Shown: in pieces, positions 37,201-40,853 of the stretch
Layout: the number at the start of each line of letters is the position of its first letter
Numbering within the stretch: position 1 is the stretch's first letter
DNA from: Verrucomicrobiales bacterium
Lineage (GTDB): Bacteria; Verrucomicrobiota; Verrucomicrobiia; Verrucomicrobiales; V1-33
Length of the DNA stretch: 40,853 nucleotides
Assembly (NCBI GenBank): GCA_031411295.1
Contig: JANOAV010000095.1
Span: forward strand, 1 to 40,853
Direction of reading: 5' to 3'
Notes under the pieces: model-generated
Database searches by the model: none
What the model saw: only the letters and a program-made list of their open reading frames with translations
Told to the model about the DNA's origin: nothing
Position numbers and translations under genes: made by a program

Positions 37201-37592
37201 TGTGGAGCAGTCGGCTCGACTGCTTCCATCACCGACCACCCACCGCTGATGAGGCAGATGACAAACCAATTGCCGCAAAGGATCGCAAGGAACGCAAAAA
37301 TTCGATGGTTGGTTTTGCGTTCTTTAAAGTAAGACCGTTTCCAAAAAGAAATCGGTATTTACCGAGAAATCAGAACTTCTGATTTAGGCGCGCCCAAACC
37401 GATTCGTGACTAGCATTTGTATTGCTACGTGGGTGATCAGATTTCCCGCAGATTCAGGGAAGACAGCAGATGGATCTTTCCTCAGATACCTAAACCAATC
37501 TGCTGTCCTCCCCGAATCTGCTGGAAATAAATGGACTTCCAATTTGCCGATTACTAAATGTATTTGGTCTACCTCCAGCGATTCCCCAAAGA
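37201..37592 (+). repeat. ~400-bp composite repeat, copy 1 (REP + CGCAAAG hairpin + GCAGAT hairpin)
   Basis: Near-identical to 40430-40853 apart from scattered substitutions and a ~30-bp indel. Confidence 0.95.
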
Positions 37593-37702
37593 AAACCGCA
37601 TCCAAACCTTGCCTCCAGCCCCGCCCTCTCTAAACTCCCCTCCTAACGGTGCCCATGTTGCATTTGAGCGCCCCACGTTTCCCCTCCGATTCATCATCTC
37701 AA

Positions 37703-37828
37703 GTGCCCGCCAAGCCCAAAGCTCCCGCTCCAGACTCCACCGCCACCATCGGTTTCGAAGCCAAGCGCTGGCTCACAACCCGAATTACGGACGGCCAGCA
37801 CCAGCGCGATGAACGGCCGTCTCCCTAA
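37703..37828 (+). pseudogene. hsdM: 5' fragment of a type I R-M methyltransferase (HsdM-like)
   Basis: GTG-initiated VPAKPKAPAPDSTATIGFEAKRWLT resembles the HsdM N-terminus (IGFEAKLWxxADKLR), then diverges and stops at 37828. Confidence 0.6.
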
Positions 37829-37841
37829 AAGCTTCCATGCC

Positions 37842-40394
37842 ATGAATGTGCTGCGTTTTATCTCAAACCTGTGCTGTCGCTGGCTCCTCGCCTTCCTTCC
37901 CGCCTTCCTCCTCACGTCCGTTCCACTCCGGGCCGACGAGGCCGTGGTGAGCGCGGATTTCTCCGTCCACACCGGAGCCATTCGTCCGCTCCACGGCATC
38001 AACAAGGGGCCGCTGGCACCCGGCGGAATCTTCGATGTCATCAAGGAACAAAAGGAGCTGGGGATTCCATTCACGCGCCTGCACGACTGCGGCTGGCCGA
38101 ATCCTTATGTCGTCGATCATCATGCGGTTTTCCCCAACCCGGCCGCCGATCCTGCGCTTCCAGAGAGCTATGATTTCCGACTGACCGATGAATACATCGA
38201 CGCGGTGCGCCAGACCGGCTCGGAACCGATCTACCGACTGGGCGAGAGCATCGAGCACACGAGCGTCCGGCGGCATGTTCATCCGCCCGCCGACATGGAA
38301 AAATGGGCCGCCGTCTGCCTCGGCATCATCCGGCATTACAATGAAGGCTGGGCCAATGGATTCCATTACAACATTCGCTATTGGGAAATCTGGAACGAAC
38401 CCGAGAATCGCCCAGTCATGTGGAGCGGCACGGACGACGACTACCTGCGGCTCTACCGCACCACCGCGCTCGCCATCAAAAAGCAGTTCCCGGCCTTGAA
38501 GGTCGGCGGCCCGGCCCTTGGAGCCAGCGGCAGTTTTGTTCAAGGGGAATTTGTGCCCACGGATTTTGCAGCGAACTTTTTGGCGATGTGCCGGAAAGAC
38601 AACGTGCCGCTGAATTTCTTCTCCTGGCATTGCTACACGGCAAATCCATCCGAGCTGGTCGCGCGCTCCCGGGCCATCCGGCGGCTCTTGGATGCCGCAG
38701 GTTTCGACGAAACTGAGAGCCATCTAAACGAATGGAATTATCTACCCGGCAATACTTGGAATCCGATCACCAAGTCGGGAACGCCCGCTGCCAGGCAGCA
38801 CTTTTACGAGGCAATGGCGGGCGCACCGGGAGCCGCGTTTATTGCGGCATCACTGATCGAGCTGCAGGACGCGCCCGTTGATATCTGTAATTTCTTCCAT
38901 GGTGAATTGGGCGGGTTCGGGCTCTTTACCGAGCAGGGCGTGCCGCAGAAGGTCTATCAGGCCCTGCGCGCTTTCCATAGTCTTGTGGAAACCCCGCGAC
39001 GGGTGGCCACGCACGGTGCCATCGCGAGTAAACTGGCTTTCACCGCCGGTCTCAGCCCGGACGGGCGGGAGGCAACCCTGCTGGTGAGCAACTTCGCGGA
39101 TCCGCGCTCGGACTTCGTTTTGCACTGGAAAGGGTTTGCCTGGACCGGCGGGGTGACGGCGGAGATCCGCACCGTCGATGCCACGAGCGATTTTTCAAAG
39201 GAGCGGACGGAATCGGTGACGAGCGAAAGCGCGTCCTTAAACCTGACGCTAAAGGCACCGGCCATGGTGCTGATTCGATTGCGCCCCACCAGCGGAGCCA
39301 TGGCTCAAACGCCTCTGTCGGTCACTTCGCCCGGGAACCGATTGGTCTTTCAGCGCGGCCCGAGCGGAGAAGCGCGCATCCCTGTTGCGGGAAGCTGCGC
39401 GTGGCCGGGAGCCACGGTCGAGGCGCGGACGGTGGATGTGGCCACGGGCCAAGCTGGAGTGTGGACTGTATTGGGGACAGTCCGGTCAGATTTCAGCTAC
39501 CGAGGCCAACTTACGACCTCAGCGGGCTGGTATTCGCTGGAGGTCCGCGCGCGGGGCGAAGGGAATTCCGCCACCATCTCGGTGGAGCGGGTGGGAGTGG
39601 GAGAAGTATTCGTGGTGGTGGGCCATTCGGTGGCGCACGGCGGGCAGATCAATCTGCCCGGAGCCGAGGACGATCGCGTCAACACCATCGCCCTGCCGAT
39701 GGGGGATACGGCATCCAAGCGGCGGTATAAATTGACTGGCGATCCCCATTATTTGCCGGAAGCAGTCGGAACGCATTTCGCTTCCAACGTCGAGCCTGCG
39801 CCAGTCGGACGCGGCACTTACTTCTGGGCCGCCTTCGCTGAGCACGTGGCTAAGGATCAGCAGGTGCCGGTGCTATTGCTGAACGCGGCCTTCGGCGGCA
39901 GCAGTCTGGAACATTGGGCCAAGTCCGCCCGGGGCCAATCGTTTGAGCACGGGTTCATCCGCTCCTCGGTCCGGATGCCCTACATTCAACTGGAACACGC
40001 GCTCACGAAGTATGGTGCGGTCACGGGCCTGCGCGCGATCCTAGCCGACCAGGGCCAGAACGATTGGCCCGAGCGGGACGAGGATAAGATCACCACGAAC
40101 TATAAAGCGTGGATCGAACAAGTCCGCAAAGACGCCGGATTCCCGAACTTGGCCGTGGTCGTGAACCGCCAATCGCCCCCCGATGGCTTCGGTCAGATCC
40201 GCCGGGTGCAGGATCGCATCATCAAGGAAGTTCCCCACTGCTTCCCCGGCCCGGACTACGACACCTTGGCCAAGGAGGACACAACGGACAAAGTCCACCT
40301 TAGCGAATCCGGTGCCAGGAAAGCCGCGCGTCTCTGGGCGGATGCGCTGGACGCGGATTTCTTCAAGACTGCGATGCCGTTACAGCCGCAGTAG
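37842..40394 (+). CDS. GH39-like glycoside hydrolase fused to an SGNH/sialate O-acetylesterase-like domain
   Basis: Signal peptide; RLHD, YRLG.SIE, WEIWNEP, VGGP, FFSWHCY and LNEWN (clan GH-A); C-terminal VGEVFVVVGHS, QGQND and DKVH. Confidence 0.85.
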   Translation: MNVLRFISNLCCRWLLAFLPAFLLTSVPLRADEAVVSADFSVHTGAIRPLHGINKGPLAPGGIFDVIKEQKELGIPFTRLHDCGWPNPYVVDHHAVFPNPAADPALPESYDFRLTDEYIDAVRQTGSEPIYRLGESIEHTSVRRHVHPPADMEKWAAVCLGIIRHYNEGWANGFHYNIRYWEIWNEPENRPVMWSGTDDDYLRLYRTTALAIKKQFPALKVGGPALGASGSFVQGEFVPTDFAANFLAMCRKDNVPLNFFSWHCYTANPSELVARSRAIRRLLDAAGFDETESHLNEWNYLPGNTWNPITKSGTPAARQHFYEAMAGAPGAAFIAASLIELQDAPVDICNFFHGELGGFGLFTEQGVPQKVYQALRAFHSLVETPRRVATHGAIASKLAFTAGLSPDGREATLLVSNFADPRSDFVLHWKGFAWTGGVTAEIRTVDATSDFSKERTESVTSESASLNLTLKAPAMVLIRLRPTSGAMAQTPLSVTSPGNRLVFQRGPSGEARIPVAGSCAWPGATVEARTVDVATGQAGVWTVLGTVRSDFSYRGQLTTSAGWYSLEVRARGEGNSATISVERVGVGEVFVVVGHSVAHGGQINLPGAEDDRVNTIALPMGDTASKRRYKLTGDPHYLPEAVGTHFASNVEPAPVGRGTYFWAAFAEHVAKDQQVPVLLLNAAFGGSSLEHWAKSARGQSFEHGFIRSSVRMPYIQLEHALTKYGAVTGLRAILADQGQNDWPERDEDKITTNYKAWIEQVRKDAGFPNLAVVVNRQSPPDGFGQIRRVQDRIIKEVPHCFPGPDYDTLAKEDTTDKVHLSESGARKAARLWADALDADFFKTAMPLQPQ

Positions 40395-40429
40395 GCAGAG
40401 CCAACCAACTAATCCCCGCGCCCTAAGAG

Positions 40430-40853
40430 TGTGGAGCAGTCGGCTCGACTGCTTCCATCACCGAACACCCACCGTTGACGAGACGTTTTCCTGACCCCGC
40501 ATCGTTGCTTTTTGCTGATGACAAACCAATGGCCGCAAAAGATCGCAAAGAACGCAAAAAATTCGATGGTTGATTTTGCGTTCTTTAAAGTAAGACCGTT
40601 TCCAAAAAGAAATGGGTATTTACCGAGAAATCAAAACTCATGATTTAGGCGCGCCCAAACCGATTCGGGACTAGCATTTGTATTTCTTCGTGGGTGATCA
40701 GATTTCCCGCAGATTCAGGGAAGACAGCAGATGGATACTTCCTCAGATACCTAAACCAATCTGCTGTCCTCCCTGAATCTGCTGGAAATAAATGGACTTC
40801 CAATTTGCCGATTACTAAATGTATTTGGTCTACCTCCAGCGATTCCCCAAAGA
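40430..40853 (+). repeat. ~400-bp composite repeat, copy 2 (runs off the window end)
   Basis: Direct repeat of 37201-37592. Confidence 0.95.

Noticed and set aside
37200..37633. Short ORFs within the composite repeat
   Set aside because: No motifs, and the indels between the two repeat copies argue against coding constraint.
37863..38723. 286-aa minus-strand ORF
   Set aside because: Antisense shadow of the GH39 domain.

Overview
Bacterial chromosomal segment, most likely from Verrucomicrobiota (PEP-CTERM protein, TIGR02597-like protein, Verrucomicrobia-style secreted proteins, A/C-rich leaders without a Shine-Dalgarno). All family assignments come from motif recognition by eye; no searches were run. 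Left end (117-3537, minus): a four-gene type III CRISPR ancillary / cyclic-oligoadenylate module (P-loop NTPase, Csx3/Crn3-like ring nuclease, multi-TM CARF protein resembling Cam1, NE0113-type CARF-wHTH), with no cas10, core cas gene or CRISPR array in the window. Then housekeeping and metabolic genes (PhzF-like, YcaQ-like, TIM-barrel isomerase, Uma2, AGE epimerase, glmS, nadB, aat, polX), an archaeal-type pantoate kinase, and secreted/PEP-CTERM proteins. A long minus-strand ECF42 sigma cluster (YciI, VOC, SRPBCC, DUF1428, TfoX, ABM) has ECF42-like promoter motifs, one of them antisense, and contains a GxxExxY nuclease gene bracketed by 9-nt-periodic hairpins. The right end has a CE15 esterase and a GH39-SGNH fusion; the latter lies between ~400-bp direct repeats, just after a truncated 5' fragment of a type I R-M hsdM. 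At least three families of small palindromic repeats (MITE-like, GTGG REP, 3x9-nt hairpins) occur. Both window ends lie inside repeats that also occur internally, as expected for a contig broken at repeats.
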